NCBI GenBank assembly: GCA_001464935.1
Contig: LNEL01000053.1
Location: 8,897-72,896 of the forward strand
DNA: 64,000 nt
Direction: 5' to 3'
From: Gammaproteobacteria bacterium Ga0077536
GTDB taxonomy: Bacteria; Pseudomonadota; Gammaproteobacteria; Ga0077536
Under the pieces are notes generated by a model. The model saw only the letters and a list, made by a program, of their open reading frames with translations. It was not told where the DNA came from and did no database searches. Positions within the stretch are counted from its first letter, which is position 1. Every line of letters starts with the position of its first letter. Made by a program: the position numbers and the translations under genes. Below, piece by piece: positions 47,510 through 57,312 of this stretch.

Positions 47510-48514
47510 ATGGGCAGAGTTCTGGTCACCGGTGGTGCGGGTTACATCGGCAGTCACGTCGGCAAGATTCTCGGCGCGGCCGGCCACCATGTCGTGACGC
47601 TGGACAATCTGTCCAAAGGTTACGCTGGCGCGGTCACCCACGGTGAGCTGGTGGTCGGCGACACGGGCGACGCGGCGCTGGTGTCGCGCGTGCTGAGTGA
47701 TCACCGCATCGACACCGTCATGCATTTCGCGGCCTGGACCATCGTGCCGGAATCCGTGGCCCAGCCCCTGAAGTACTACCTCAACAACACGTCGAACGCG
47801 CGAACGCTGATCGAATGCGCGGTGACGGCGGGCGTGCGCAACTTCATTTTCTCGTCGACCGCCGCGGTCTACGGCATTCCGGATGCGCCACGCTGCGTCG
47901 AAACCACGGCGACGCGCCCGATCAATCCCTACGGCTCGTCGAAACTGATGGCCGAGCAGATGCTCCGCGACGCTTGCGCGGCGAGCGACATGCGGCACGT
48001 GATCCTGCGTTATTTCAATGTCGCCGGTTCCGACCCGGATGGTGAAATCGGCCAGTCGACGCGCGAAGCGACGCTGCTGATCAAAGTGGCCTGCGAAGCG
48101 GCAACCGGCCGACGGCCCGGCCTGTCGGTGTTCGGCACCGACTATCCGACGAAGGACGGCACGGGCGTGCGCGATTACATCCACGTGGTCGATCTCGCGC
48201 ATGCGCATCGGCATGCGATGGAATACCTCAATGCCAACGGCGCATCGGCGACCCTGAACTGCGGCTATGGCCACGGCTACAGCGTGCGCGAAGTGCTGGA
48301 CGCCGTGGAACGCATCGCCGGCCGTCCGCTGAACATCACCTACGCGGCACGCCGCGCCGGCGATCCGCCGGAACTGGTCGCCGATTCGAGCCGGCTGCAG
48401 GCGCTCTTCGGGTGGCAGCCGCAGTTCGCCGACCTCGATCTGATCGTCAAAACCTCTTTCGACTGGGAAACGAAGCTGGCCCAGGGGCTGGTGCAGGACG
48501 GTCGGGCGCGGTGA
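47510..48514 (+). CDS. galE: UDP-glucose 4-epimerase
   Basis: The start is ATG 47510 after AAGGAGG. Motifs VTGGAGYIGSH and YGSSK support the call. Confidence 0.92.
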   Translation: MGRVLVTGGAGYIGSHVGKILGAAGHHVVTLDNLSKGYAGAVTHGELVVGDTGDAALVSRVLSDHRIDTVMHFAAWTIVPESVAQPLKYYLNNTSNARTLIECAVTAGVRNFIFSSTAAVYGIPDAPRCVETTATRPINPYGSSKLMAEQMLRDACAASDMRHVILRYFNVAGSDPDGEIGQSTREATLLIKVACEAATGRRPGLSVFGTDYPTKDGTGVRDYIHVVDLAHAHRHAMEYLNANGASATLNCGYGHGYSVREVLDAVERIAGRPLNITYAARRAGDPPELVADSSRLQALFGWQPQFADLDLIVKTSFDWETKLAQGLVQDGRAR

Positions 48515-49266
48515 GCGTCGCCGTCCGCCTGCTGGCCCTCGCCCTGGCGCTCGGCTGGGCCGGCCTGGCCGCAGCGGCCGCCACGCTGCCCGATTTGATC
48601 GACCGCGTGCGGCCGGGCGTCGTTGGCGTCGGCGCGCACCAGCCGCTCGGCGCGCCCCGCTTTCAGCTCGGCGCCACCGGTTTCGTCGTCGGTGACGGTC
48701 TGACCGTCGTCACCAACGCGCATGTCGTCGACGGGGTCACGAAACAGGGCGAGAACGCCCGGCTCGTGGTGTTCGTCGGCCGCGGCCGCTCACCGTCGGT
48801 GCGTGCGGCACGGCTGCTCAAGAATGACCCGGAACACGATCTCGCGCTGCTCACCATCGACGGCCCGGCGGTCACCACGCTGCCGCTGGCCGCGCCTGCG
48901 CCTGCGCGCGAAGGCACGGCCGTGATCTTCACCGGTTTCCCGATCGGCAGCGTGCTCGGCCTCTACCCCGTCACGCATCGCGGAATAGTCTCGTCGGTCG
49001 TGCCGCTCGCGATCCCGCAGGCGACCACCCAGACCCTGACCGCCGCCCAGATCAAGCGCCTGCGGGAACCGTTCGAGGTCTATCAGCTCGATGCCGTGGC
49101 CTACCCCGGCAACAGTGGCAGCCCCGTCGTCGATCAGGATAGTGGTCAGGTGATCGGCATCGTCAACAGCGTGCTCGTCAAGCAGGGCCGCGAGACCGCG
49201 CTGAAGGATCCGAGCGCGATCACCTACGCGATTCCCGTCCGCTTCCTGCACGACCTCCTGCCCTGA
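48511..49266 (+). CDS. secreted trypsin-like (S1C) serine protease, no PDZ domain
   Basis: The start is GTG 48511, overlapping the galE stop. It has a signal peptide and the triad contexts TNAHVV, HDLALL and GNSGSPV. Confidence 0.8.
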   Translation: MSVAVRLLALALALGWAGLAAAAATLPDLIDRVRPGVVGVGAHQPLGAPRFQLGATGFVVGDGLTVVTNAHVVDGVTKQGENARLVVFVGRGRSPSVRAARLLKNDPEHDLALLTIDGPAVTTLPLAAPAPAREGTAVIFTGFPIGSVLGLYPVTHRGIVSSVVPLAIPQATTQTLTAAQIKRLREPFEVYQLDAVAYPGNSGSPVVDQDSGQVIGIVNSVLVKQGRETALKDPSAITYAIPVRFLHDLLP

Positions 49267-49280
49267 GCCGACGGTCGACG

Positions 49281-52200
49281 ATGTCCAGTCCTCATCGCAC
49301 GCTCTGGTGGCTGATCGGCGGGATCCTGTTCCTGACCGCCTATGGTTCGCTGTACCCGCTCAGCGGCTGGCGCATGCCGGACGGCTCGGTGCTCGCGCAG
49401 TTCTTCACGCGCACCGATCGACTGTCCTTCGGCGACATCGCGACGAACCTGGTCATCTACATCCCGTTCGGTTTCGTGCTCGTGCAGGCGGGCGCCGGCC
49501 TCAAGCCCGGTCGCGCGCTCGGGTGGACCACGCTCGCCGGCCTGCTGCTGAGCGCCTTGATGGAAACGCTGCAGGCCTTTCTGCCGCAGCGGGTGTCCTC
49601 GGTCTACGACCTCGGCCTGAACGGCCTCGGCACACTGATCGGCGCGGCCGTCGGCATCAGCCTTTATTCGACGACAGCGCTCGGCCGGCAGCTCAATGCA
49701 CTGCGCCTGCGGCATTGCCGGGACGACATCGAGGCGCGCATCGGGCTGGCCGTGATGGCGCTGTGGCTGGCGTCGAACCTGATGCCGTTCATCCCGTCGC
49801 TCGACGTCGGGCAATTGAAGAACGGTTTCAAGCCGGTGTGGCTGACGCTACGCCAGGAAGTGCCGTTCGACATCGCCTCGACCGTCATCTACCTGTGCGC
49901 CGCACTGGCGGTGGCGGCGGTCGCCTATCGCGTCTGGCTGCCGCGCCGCGGGCGGATGCTGAAGACCGTGCTGTTCGTGCTCGCCGTGCTGCTGGTCAAG
50001 GGTTTCATCGTCTCGCGCACGACCACGCTCGAAGCGCTGCTGGGCGCCACGATCGGCCTGTCACTGTTCCGCCTGTTGAGCCGTCTCGAAATCCTCGCCG
50101 CCCGCGCTGTCGGCGTGATGGCCATCGCGGTGATGCTGGTGGTCGCCGGTCTCAAGGCGAGCCCCGATCGCGTCGGCACACTCTACGCCTTCAACTGGAT
50201 CCCGTTCCGCGGCCACCTTCAGCACACGCTGACCGGTGTGCAGGATCTCGCTGGCGACATCTGGCCGTATGCGGCGATCGCGTTCCTGCTGATCGCCCAA
50301 TGGCGCGCGCGACGCAGGCGCGTGCTCGCGCTCGTCCTGCCGGGCGTGCTGCTGCTGGCCTTTGGCATCGAATGGCGCCAGCAGTACATTCCCGACAGGC
50401 TCGCCGACATCACGGACGTGATCATCGCCGGCGTCGCCTTCGTGCTGCCGTGGCTGTTGTTGCCGCCGCTGCGGCCCGAGGAGCAGCCGCGGCGGCCGAG
50501 CCGCTCGAAAGCGATCCGCTACGGCAAGCCCAAGCGGCGCGAGCGGCGCAGCCGTCACCCGGTGCTGCCCGCGCTGCTCGCCCTCGCTGCGGCGCTGGCG
50601 GGCGGCAGCTGGCTCACGCTGTCGAGCCCGGTCATGGTCCGGGAACCGGTCCTCGATGAAACCGTGCTGGCCCAACTGCCCGACGGCAAGGATCTGCCAC
50701 CGGTCAAGTTCGAGCAGTTCAAGCAGAGCCATCCGCGCCTGCCGGCACCGAGCGCAAAGGAGATCGCGCGCATTCGGCAGCACAATGCGCAGTACATCAA
50801 GTTCCAGCTCAAGCGCGCGCAGGGCAACTCGGGCGATCTGCAGGCCGCGATCTTCTCCGAATACGTGACGCCGGGCAGCATCGACCTCGAGGCCCTGCAC
50901 CGGAAGCTGCTGGCGCTGCAGTTCGTCTACCGGGGCAACGAGCAGACGAAACCGCTCGCCGTGGCCTACGACTGGCTGCACGATCGCTGGACGCCGGCGC
51001 AGCGCGCGGCGCTGCTCGAGAAAACGCTCGACGGCTGCGAGTCGCAGATCAAGGTCATCCGCGAACAGCGGTTGTCGCCGTACAACGTCTACCTCTACAA
51101 CAGCCCCTTGCAGGCGCTGATGGCCTGCGCGATTGCGACTCACGGCGAATCGCCGCGCGCCGATCCGGTGATGCGCTTCACCCACGACTACTGGCTGCGG
51201 CGCGTGCTGCCGGTCTGGCGGCAGGTCATGGGGGCGAACGGCGGCTGGCACGAAGGCGGCGAGTACGTCGGCATCGGCATCGGCCAGGCCATCTACCAGT
51301 TGCCGGCGATGTGGCGCGCCGCAACCGGCGAGGACCTGTTCAGGACCGATCCGGGCTTGCGCGGTTTCCTCGATTTCCTGCTGCACAGACAGCGGCCCGA
51401 CGGCACTTACTTCCGCTGGGGCGATGCCGGCTTTTTTGATCGTCAGGCACCGGATCGGGTTGCGCTCGCAATCGAGTACCGGCACAAGGCGGCGTACTCG
51501 ATGTTCAAGTGTCCGACGCGCATGCAACCGACGTCGTGGCCGTGGGGGCCGCTGCCCGACGACTCGCTGTGCGACAAGGACGCATCATCGGCGCTCGCGC
51601 CGTCGATGCTGTTCGACGGCATCGGCCTGCTGACCTCGCGCACCGACTGGTCGCCGGATGCGACGCTCGTCAGCTTCAAGGCCGGCAACAACTACTGGTC
51701 GCACAGCCATCTCGACCAGGGGGCCTTCACGATCTTCAAGCGCTTCCCGCTCGCGATCGACAGCGGCGTCTACGGCACGCGCTACGGGTCCGACCATCAC
51801 ATGAATTACACCTACCAGACCATTGCGCACAACGCGCTGACCGTCACCGATCCCGAAGACATCGTGCAGGCGCCCTCGAAGAAAGGCGCGCGCTACATTG
51901 CGAACGACGGTGGCCAGCGCCGCGTGGGGTCGGGCTGGGCAGTCGAGGCCGCGCCGCTCGACTACGACGAATGGTTGCTCAAGAGTGAGACTTATCGCAC
52001 CGGCAGCATCCTGCAGCACGACCGCACGCCCGTCTTCGATGCCGTGATCGCGGATTTGACCACGGCCTACACCAACGAGTGGAGCGGCAAGGGCCTGTTT
52101 TCACCGCGCACACGACGGGTCAACAGCTATCAGCGCAGCTTCGCGCACGATCGCGAACTCGATGTGGTCGTGATCTATGACCGCGTGGCGATCGAGAATC

Positions 52201-52694
52201 CCGAGTTCCATGTGCGCTGGCTGCTGCACACGGTGAGCAAACCGGCGAAGCACAAGGGCGGCTTCGACATCGAGATGGAATCGAAGCCGAACGAACCGCA
52301 ACTGGGCCGCGCGGGACTGCGTGGCTTCACGCCGGCGCCGGTGGACCAGCACATCAACGTCATCGGCGGTCCCGGCTCCGAATTCTTCGTCGACGGCAAG
52401 AACTACGACGAGAACGGCGACGTGCAGCGCGAAGTCAACCGCAAGAAGCTGCGCGAGGCCGGCGAATGGCGGATCGAACTCGAAGCCGGCGCGCAGGATT
52501 ACCGCCACGAGTTCCTGGTCATCCTGGTGCCCTGGCTCGATGCGCCGCCTGCCGATCTGGACGTGCAGTGCACGACGCAGGACAAGCATTACCGCTGCGC
52601 GGTCGTGAAGAACGGTCAGACCGTGAACTTCCGCATCCAGCGCGATTCGGGCCGCATCGAACGCGTGACCGACACGGCGGACGTCGCACCCTGA
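49281..52694 (+). CDS. VanZ-like multi-pass membrane domain fused to a heparinase II/III-like (polysaccharide lyase fold) domain
   Basis: 1137 aa. The N-terminus carries the VanZ signature (GDIATNLVIYIPFGFVL...YDLGLNGLGTLIGAAVG) plus further TM helices. A basic linker (RRPSRSKAIRYGKPKRRERRSRH) and one more TM follow. The C-terminal roughly 700 aa contain NNYWSHSHLDQGAFTIF, the heparinase II/III hallmark. Confidence 0.78.
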   Translation: MSSPHRTLWWLIGGILFLTAYGSLYPLSGWRMPDGSVLAQFFTRTDRLSFGDIATNLVIYIPFGFVLVQAGAGLKPGRALGWTTLAGLLLSALMETLQAFLPQRVSSVYDLGLNGLGTLIGAAVGISLYSTTALGRQLNALRLRHCRDDIEARIGLAVMALWLASNLMPFIPSLDVGQLKNGFKPVWLTLRQEVPFDIASTVIYLCAALAVAAVAYRVWLPRRGRMLKTVLFVLAVLLVKGFIVSRTTTLEALLGATIGLSLFRLLSRLEILAARAVGVMAIAVMLVVAGLKASPDRVGTLYAFNWIPFRGHLQHTLTGVQDLAGDIWPYAAIAFLLIAQWRARRRRVLALVLPGVLLLAFGIEWRQQYIPDRLADITDVIIAGVAFVLPWLLLPPLRPEEQPRRPSRSKAIRYGKPKRRERRSRHPVLPALLALAAALAGGSWLTLSSPVMVREPVLDETVLAQLPDGKDLPPVKFEQFKQSHPRLPAPSAKEIARIRQHNAQYIKFQLKRAQGNSGDLQAAIFSEYVTPGSIDLEALHRKLLALQFVYRGNEQTKPLAVAYDWLHDRWTPAQRAALLEKTLDGCESQIKVIREQRLSPYNVYLYNSPLQALMACAIATHGESPRADPVMRFTHDYWLRRVLPVWRQVMGANGGWHEGGEYVGIGIGQAIYQLPAMWRAATGEDLFRTDPGLRGFLDFLLHRQRPDGTYFRWGDAGFFDRQAPDRVALAIEYRHKAAYSMFKCPTRMQPTSWPWGPLPDDSLCDKDASSALAPSMLFDGIGLLTSRTDWSPDATLVSFKAGNNYWSHSHLDQGAFTIFKRFPLAIDSGVYGTRYGSDHHMNYTYQTIAHNALTVTDPEDIVQAPSKKGARYIANDGGQRRVGSGWAVEAAPLDYDEWLLKSETYRTGSILQHDRTPVFDAVIADLTTAYTNEWSGKGLFSPRTRRVNSYQRSFAHDRELDVVVIYDRVAIENPEFHVRWLLHTVSKPAKHKGGFDIEMESKPNEPQLGRAGLRGFTPAPVDQHINVIGGPGSEFFVDGKNYDENGDVQREVNRKKLREAGEWRIELEAGAQDYRHEFLVILVPWLDAPPADLDVQCTTQDKHYRCAVVKNGQTVNFRIQRDSGRIERVTDTADVAP

Positions 52695-52838
52695 TATGCT
52701 GACCGGGCCTCGCACGCGCCCGCCGCGCAGGTTTCAAGCGGCCGGCCACGCACGCCGCTACAAACCTTTACTGGCTGGCGGCAATGGCCGCCGAGATAAT
52801 CCCGGATTGCCCATCTCCATGACCGATCAGCGCCGCCC

Positions 52839-54671
52839 ATGACCGCCGGAAACATCATTGCAGGCTATCTCGCCCCCGATCGTCCCGCTGTCACGCAGTG
52901 GGCCGAGCGCCAGGCCGCGCGCGGCGTCAATCGCGTCGCCGGCGCACAGCCGCGCGATGCCGGCGTGCTCGCCCGAGGTGCAGTGTCCTCGGTCGTCACT
53001 GCGAGCGGCGCGCACGCGCAGCTCGTCGGCGCGCCGTACGCGCTGCCGACGACGCGCGAAGGCATCGCGAGCTTCGCGCTCGAGGCCTTCGTCGCGCGCG
53101 AGCTGAGCGATCTGCCGGCAGCGCTCACCCGGCTCGGTGGCGCCTTCGCGCTGGCGGTCGTCGACCCGGCGCGGCGCGAGGCATTCCTCGCGGTGGACCG
53201 CTTCGCGATCGAGAACCTGTACTTCGTCAATGGACCCGAAGGCTTCGCCTTCGCCAACCGTTCGCGGGTGCTGGCCGACCACCCGGCCGTCGCCAACCGC
53301 TTCCGGATCCAGGACCTGTTCGAGAGCGTCTATTTCCATTGGCTGCCCGGTCCGGCCGCCGGCTACGTCGGCCTGCAGCGGCTGCTGCCCGGCCATTACG
53401 CACACTGGCACGACGGCACCCTGGACATCCGGCCGTACTGGGAGCCGGCCTTCGCGGTCGACCGCCAGGCCGGCAGCAAGGCGCTCGAGGCCGACCTGCG
53501 CGCTGCCATCGAAGAGGCGGTCGCGCGCCGTCTGCCGCAGAAGAACCCCGCCTGTTTTCTCAGCGGCGGACTCGACAGTTCCACCGTGACCGGTTACTGC
53601 GGCCGCCTGCGGCCCGCGGATACCGTCGCCTACACCATCGGCTTCGAAGCCGACGGCTATGACGAGATGGAGTTCGCACGCACGGCCGCCGCGCATTTCG
53701 GCGTACGGCATGAGAACTACTATGTGACGCCCACCGACATCGTCGACATGCTGCCGACGATCATCGACGAGTTCGATGCCCCGTTCGGCAACGCGTCTGC
53801 CATCCCGACCTACTACTGCGCCAGGCTCGCCGCGTCACGCGGTCACCGCCTGATCCTGGCCGGCGACGGCGGCGACGAACTCTTCGGCGGCAATGCGCGC
53901 TACCAGAAGCAACTGGTCTTCGAGCATTACTCGCGCGTTCCCGCCGCGCTGCGCCACGCGCTGCTCGAACCCGTGTTCAAGGGCCTGCCGGACGGCCTGC
54001 AGCACGGCCTGCTCGGCAAGGCCGCGAGCTATGTGCGCCAGGCCGCGGTACCGCTGCCCGATCGCCTGATGACCTACAACCTGCTGAACTTCATCGCGCC
54101 GGTGCGCTTCCTCGCACCGGAGCTGCTGGCGTCCGTCGATCTCGACGCGCCGCTGCGCGATCTGCGCACGATGTACGACGCTCCGGCCGGCATGGACACC
54201 ATCAACCGGCTGCTGCGCCTGGACTGGCGAATCACGCTGGCCGACAGCGATCTGCCGAAGGTGTCGCGGATGTGTACGCTGGCCGGCATCGATGTCGCCT
54301 ATCCGCTGCTGGACGAAGAGGTCGTCGACCTGTCGATGCGCATCCCGCCCGAGGACAAGGTGACGTCGAAAGAAATGCGCCCGCTGTACCGTCGGGCCTT
54401 TGCCGACTTCCTGCCGCAGGCCACGCTGACGAAGAGCAAGCAGGGCTTCGGCCTGCCGTTCGGCGTGTGGCTGCACGAGCAACCGCAGCTGCGCGATTTC
54501 GCGAACGACAATCTCCAGCACCTCGAGCAGGCCGGCGTGCTGGCCCGCGGGTTCCGCGATGATTTCCTGACGCACAAAATCAAGGAACATCCGGCCTACT
54601 TCGGCACGCTGGCCTGGATCCTCCTCGCGCTCGGCATCTGGTTGCGCCGCTCGTCGGTCAGCCTGGTCTGA
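52839..54671 (+). CDS. asparagine synthetase B family protein lacking the N-terminal Cys nucleophile
   Basis: 610 aa. The synthetase-domain PP-loop SGGLDSS is present. The N-terminus is MTAGNIIAGY instead of MCG. Confidence 0.82.
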   Translation: MTAGNIIAGYLAPDRPAVTQWAERQAARGVNRVAGAQPRDAGVLARGAVSSVVTASGAHAQLVGAPYALPTTREGIASFALEAFVARELSDLPAALTRLGGAFALAVVDPARREAFLAVDRFAIENLYFVNGPEGFAFANRSRVLADHPAVANRFRIQDLFESVYFHWLPGPAAGYVGLQRLLPGHYAHWHDGTLDIRPYWEPAFAVDRQAGSKALEADLRAAIEEAVARRLPQKNPACFLSGGLDSSTVTGYCGRLRPADTVAYTIGFEADGYDEMEFARTAAAHFGVRHENYYVTPTDIVDMLPTIIDEFDAPFGNASAIPTYYCARLAASRGHRLILAGDGGDELFGGNARYQKQLVFEHYSRVPAALRHALLEPVFKGLPDGLQHGLLGKAASYVRQAAVPLPDRLMTYNLLNFIAPVRFLAPELLASVDLDAPLRDLRTMYDAPAGMDTINRLLRLDWRITLADSDLPKVSRMCTLAGIDVAYPLLDEEVVDLSMRIPPEDKVTSKEMRPLYRRAFADFLPQATLTKSKQGFGLPFGVWLHEQPQLRDFANDNLQHLEQAGVLARGFRDDFLTHKIKEHPAYFGTLAWILLALGIWLRRSSVSLV

Positions 54672-54707
54672 GCGCGCCGCGCAGCGCAGTCACGAGCCCG
54701 GGACACG

Positions 54708-56126
54708 GTGAGCACGGCGACGCAACGTGCCGGCGCCTGCGCGCTGCTCGCGGTCCTGCTCGGCGTCTATTACGCCGGTCTCGCGACGCAGTTCTCCTAC
54801 GACCTCTGGCCGACCACCAGCGGCGGCTTCATCTTCAACAGCCAGTTGCGCGCCCTGCTCGACCTGCGTCTGGACATCGATCCGAACGTGATCGGCATGG
54901 AAGGCTTCGTGCGCGACGGCAAGACCTACACCTACTTCGGCATTCTGCCCGCGCTGCTGCGCCTGCCGCTGGTCAATCACCTGTGGCTGGACTGGACGAC
55001 GCTGTCCTGCGTGAGCGCCGCCACCATGTCCGCCCTCGCGCTGATCGGCGCGCTGAACGCCAGCCTCGCCGGGCTGCCCGGCAGTGGCCCTGCGACCGTC
55101 CTTCGCGCACTGGTCGCCGCCACCGTGCTCTGCAGCGGTCCGCAGGTCGAACTGCTCGGCAAGGCATCGGTGTACGTGGAAGCCGTGCTGTGGAGCTACG
55201 CCTGCGCGTGCGCATTCCTGTGGCTTTCGATGCCGTTGCTGTTGGGCGAGGCCGCCAACCGGCGGCGACTGGCGCTACTCGCGGCCTGCGCGGCGGTCGC
55301 GCTGCTGGCGCGCGTGAGCACCGGGCTCGCCCTGTACATCGCGTCCGGCCTGCTCGCCCTCGTGCTGATGCGCGACTGGCGTGCGACAGGCTGGACCTGG
55401 CCGGCCCAGGTCAGGCACCTGCTGCCTGCCGGCCTGCTGCTCGCGGCTGCCATCGGCGCGACCTTCACCGTCAACCAGCAACGCTGGGGCAATCCACTGC
55501 AATTCGCGGTGCTGACCGCGAACAAGTACTACGACGCCGACCCCGTGCGCCTCGCCCGCCTCGAACGCCACGGCGCCTTCGCGCTCGCACGCATCCCGCA
55601 TGCGCTGGCCTATTACGCAGCCCCCGGCTGGTTCTTTGCCGCGCCACCGGACAGTGCGCGCCGGGCCGCCGTGGCCACGCTCTTCGACGGTCCGGAAGGG
55701 CCGCCTGTCGGCATCGTTCAGGCGCAGCCGCTCTGGCTGGGCCTCGCCGCCGTTGGACTCTGGAGCCTGCTGGCCGGCGGCAGCGCGCTCCGTCGCGACC
55801 GGGCGTTTGCCGTGCTGGCGGGCCTGCTCGTCGCCTGCGTCGTCATCACCAGCTATCACTACCTCGCGTTCCGCTACCGCGCCGAGTTTGCGCCGGCGGT
55901 GCTGCTGCTCGCCTGTCTGGGTACGCGCCGCGTGAATTTCTCGCTTCGCCAGCGTCCGGGCGTGCCGGCGCATGCTGCCGGAGGCTTCCTGCTGATCCTC
56001 GCGCTCGTGCAGGTGCTGCAGGCCCACGCCACCGTGAAGGCACACGCGTGCACGCCGTTCGGCAGCTACGCGGCGAGTCGCGCCAGCGCCGAGGCCTGTC
56101 TGCAACAGGGGCAACGCGGACATTGA
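54708..56126 (+). CDS. polytopic membrane protein, possibly a GT-C-type glycosyltransferase or polymerase
   Basis: 472 aa with a GTG start. It has more than 10 predicted hydrophobic helices and an early loop with RLDIDPNVIGMEGFVRDGKTYTYFGILP. The family was not firmly recognised. Confidence 0.6.
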   Translation: MSTATQRAGACALLAVLLGVYYAGLATQFSYDLWPTTSGGFIFNSQLRALLDLRLDIDPNVIGMEGFVRDGKTYTYFGILPALLRLPLVNHLWLDWTTLSCVSAATMSALALIGALNASLAGLPGSGPATVLRALVAATVLCSGPQVELLGKASVYVEAVLWSYACACAFLWLSMPLLLGEAANRRRLALLAACAAVALLARVSTGLALYIASGLLALVLMRDWRATGWTWPAQVRHLLPAGLLLAAAIGATFTVNQQRWGNPLQFAVLTANKYYDADPVRLARLERHGAFALARIPHALAYYAAPGWFFAAPPDSARRAAVATLFDGPEGPPVGIVQAQPLWLGLAAVGLWSLLAGGSALRRDRAFAVLAGLLVACVVITSYHYLAFRYRAEFAPAVLLLACLGTRRVNFSLRQRPGVPAHAAGGFLLILALVQVLQAHATVKAHACTPFGSYAASRASAEACLQQGQRGH

Positions 56127-56434
56127 GTGCGCGGCGGATGCCCCGACACCGGGCCGCCGGCCTGCGTCAGTGTCCGGCTGACTCAAGCTCACCGCGTTCC
56201 GGCGGCTACTAAGCATGGCGCGCCGCGCGCCGCGACATCCGGGTCAGGCGCGTCTTGCGATTTTTAACCGCGTGTGACGCCGGTGCGCGGTGCATCCGGT
56301 TAGAATACGCGGCGCGTCATCAGGGATACGCGATGACCGCGTTGTCGCGAGCAGGCGGGCGGGAAACCCGAACTGTCGACCCGCCCTGCAACGTTCACAC
56401 AGATGTCGCCGCCAAGCACAGGAACCAGGATTGT

Positions 56435-57253
56435 ATGCTGGGGATGATCCGCAACGTTTTCCGCTATCGAGAGCTCCTGGCGGTCCTGGTCTGGAAGAAC
56501 ATCGCGGTCCGCTACAAGCAGGCCTACCTGGGCATCCTGTGGGCGATCCTGAAGCCGCTGATGCTGATGCTGATCTTCACGCTGGTGCGCGCCTTCGTCG
56601 GCATCGACAGCGGCGACATTCCGTATCCGGTGCTGACCTTTGCGGCCCTGCTGCCGTGGACCTTCTTCCAGGAATCGGTGCTCGACAGTACCAATAGCGT
56701 GGTCACCAATGCGCATCTGATCCGCAAGATCTATTTCCCGCGCGAGTTGTTTCCGATCACGGCGCTGCTGACCAAACTCGTCGAACTGGCCATCAGCTTC
56801 CTGATTCTCGGCGGCCTGATGGCCTGGTACGAAGTGGTACCCACCGCCCAGGTGCTGTGGGTCCCGGTGCTGGTGCTCTATACGCTGGTGACAGCGCTGT
56901 CCGTGGCGCTGGCCGGCGCTGCGATCAATGTCTACTACCGCGACATGGGACAGGCGTTTCCGATCGTGCTGTCGCTGCTGATGTACGCCTCGCCGGTGAT
57001 CTATCCACTGTCGCTGGTCAAGGACAAGCTGCTGACACAGCAGGCAGCCGGCGACTGGTCCGACATGCTTTACCTTCTGTACACGCTCAACCCGATGACT
57101 GGCATCATCGATGCGTTCCAGTCCGTGCTGTTGCGTGGCGTGGAACCGGATTTCGCCGTGATGTGGCCAGGGCTGGTCTGCGTCTGCGCGCTGCTCCCGT
57201 GCAGCTACTGGCTGTTCAAGAGCGCCGAAGCCCATTTCGCGGACGTCATCTGA
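56435..57253 (+). CDS. wzm: ABC-2 type polysaccharide export permease (Wzm)
   Basis: The start is ATG 56435. Motif YRELLAVLVWKNIAVRYKQAYLGILWAILKP is the ABC-2 signature. Confidence 0.85.
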   Translation: MLGMIRNVFRYRELLAVLVWKNIAVRYKQAYLGILWAILKPLMLMLIFTLVRAFVGIDSGDIPYPVLTFAALLPWTFFQESVLDSTNSVVTNAHLIRKIYFPRELFPITALLTKLVELAISFLILGGLMAWYEVVPTAQVLWVPVLVLYTLVTALSVALAGAAINVYYRDMGQAFPIVLSLLMYASPVIYPLSLVKDKLLTQQAAGDWSDMLYLLYTLNPMTGIIDAFQSVLLRGVEPDFAVMWPGLVCVCALLPCSYWLFKSAEAHFADVI

Positions 57254-57312
57254 CCCCGCACGCATGATGCACGAGTACGCACCCAACATGATGACGAGCC
57301 GGAATTAGCCCA

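Noticed and set aside
52839-54671. Idea that the Cys-less AsnB homologue is a lasso-peptide cyclase
   Set aside because: No adjacent transglutaminase-like or PqqD-like maturation gene or short precursor ORF is present. The neighbours are glycan-biosynthesis genes.
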